From Clostridia bacterium (GTDB taxonomy: Bacteria > Bacillota > Clostridia > Oscillospirales > CAG-272), in NCBI GenBank assembly GCA_017412675.1, contig JAFPWV010000014.1, positions 1-63,307 of the forward strand: 63,307 nucleotides of DNA, given 5' to 3'. The notes beneath the pieces are model-generated. The model was not told where the DNA came from and searched no databases. It was given only the letters and a program-made list of their open reading frames with translations. Every line of letters starts with the position of its first letter. The stretch's first letter is position 1. Shown here piece by piece: positions 63,167 through 63,307 of the stretch. The position numbers and the translations under genes were made by a program.

Positions 63167-63307
63167 TGAACCGCTCCATTTTGTACGGACAGCACAAAAA
63201 AGCAACTGAAACGCAATCAAGCGCAGAACTGATTCCGGAACTCCACCGGAGTCAGTTTTGTCTTTGACTGGAGCCTGACATGGTTGTAGAAGTGAATGTA
63301 TTCGTCA
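63167..63307 (-). mobile_element. Right end of an IS3-family insertion sequence (terminal inverted repeat plus the last 30 codons of the transposase); the rest lies outside the window
   Basis: The minus-strand frame reads ...DEYIHFYNHVRLQSKTKLTPVEFRNQFCA* with its stop at 63219-63217. This matches the conserved C-terminus of IS3/IS150 OrfB (rve) transposases. TGAACCGCTCCATTTTGTACGGACAG at 63167-63192 resembles IS3-family terminal repeats (TG..., TTTTGT.GGAC). Confidence 0.75.

Overview
This is a GC-rich chromosomal segment from a spore-forming Firmicute, probably Clostridia-like. Supporting evidence: yqfC-yqfD-phoH-ybeY-era-recO synteny, a class-3 fructose-1,6-bisphosphatase, and sigma-A promoters with a TRTG-type extended -10. 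I support about 55 protein genes. I saw no rRNA, tRNA or CRISPR array. Left to right: (1) the 3' end of gdhA and a Ca-type P-type ATPase. (2) An 8-gene tightly spaced minus-strand array: TIM-barrel enzyme, rhaB, rhaA, a CapA-like lipoprotein with degenerate metal ligands, two paralogous amidase lipoproteins, an AEC permease and a SIS enzyme. (3) mutS2, recO, era, ybeY, a continuous YqfD-PhoH reading frame and yqfC. (4) A plus-strand block: membrane protein, threonine aldolase, AlkZ-related protein, SDR, Gfo/Idh/MocA oxidoreductase, clan GH-A hydrolase, fbp and arylamine N-acetyltransferase. (5) PadR-DUF2812, miaA, NusG-II/Gx transporter, DUF4428 protein, TIM-barrel enzyme, dapA, queA and MarR-ABC exporter. 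(6) A roughly 10.6-kb segment carrying a CysC-CysQ fusion, cysD, cysN, two signal-peptide-less glycosidases (one GH38) and a DUF11 protein. (7) yccF, hom-ACT, mini-RNase III, a MoxR-DUF58-transglutaminase operon with Lys/Ala-rich inserts, a GlpA-like FAD oxidoreductase trio, and the terminal ~140 bp of an IS3-family element at the right edge. The most unusual feature is that segment (6) is bracketed by two inverted copies of a ~285-bp, highly structured repeat. Each copy starts within 0-9 nt of the stop codon of a co-oriented gene. I cannot assign the repeat to a known RNA or mobile-element family from memory. All functional calls rest on my reading of the translated ORFs and sequence motifs. 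No database search was run.
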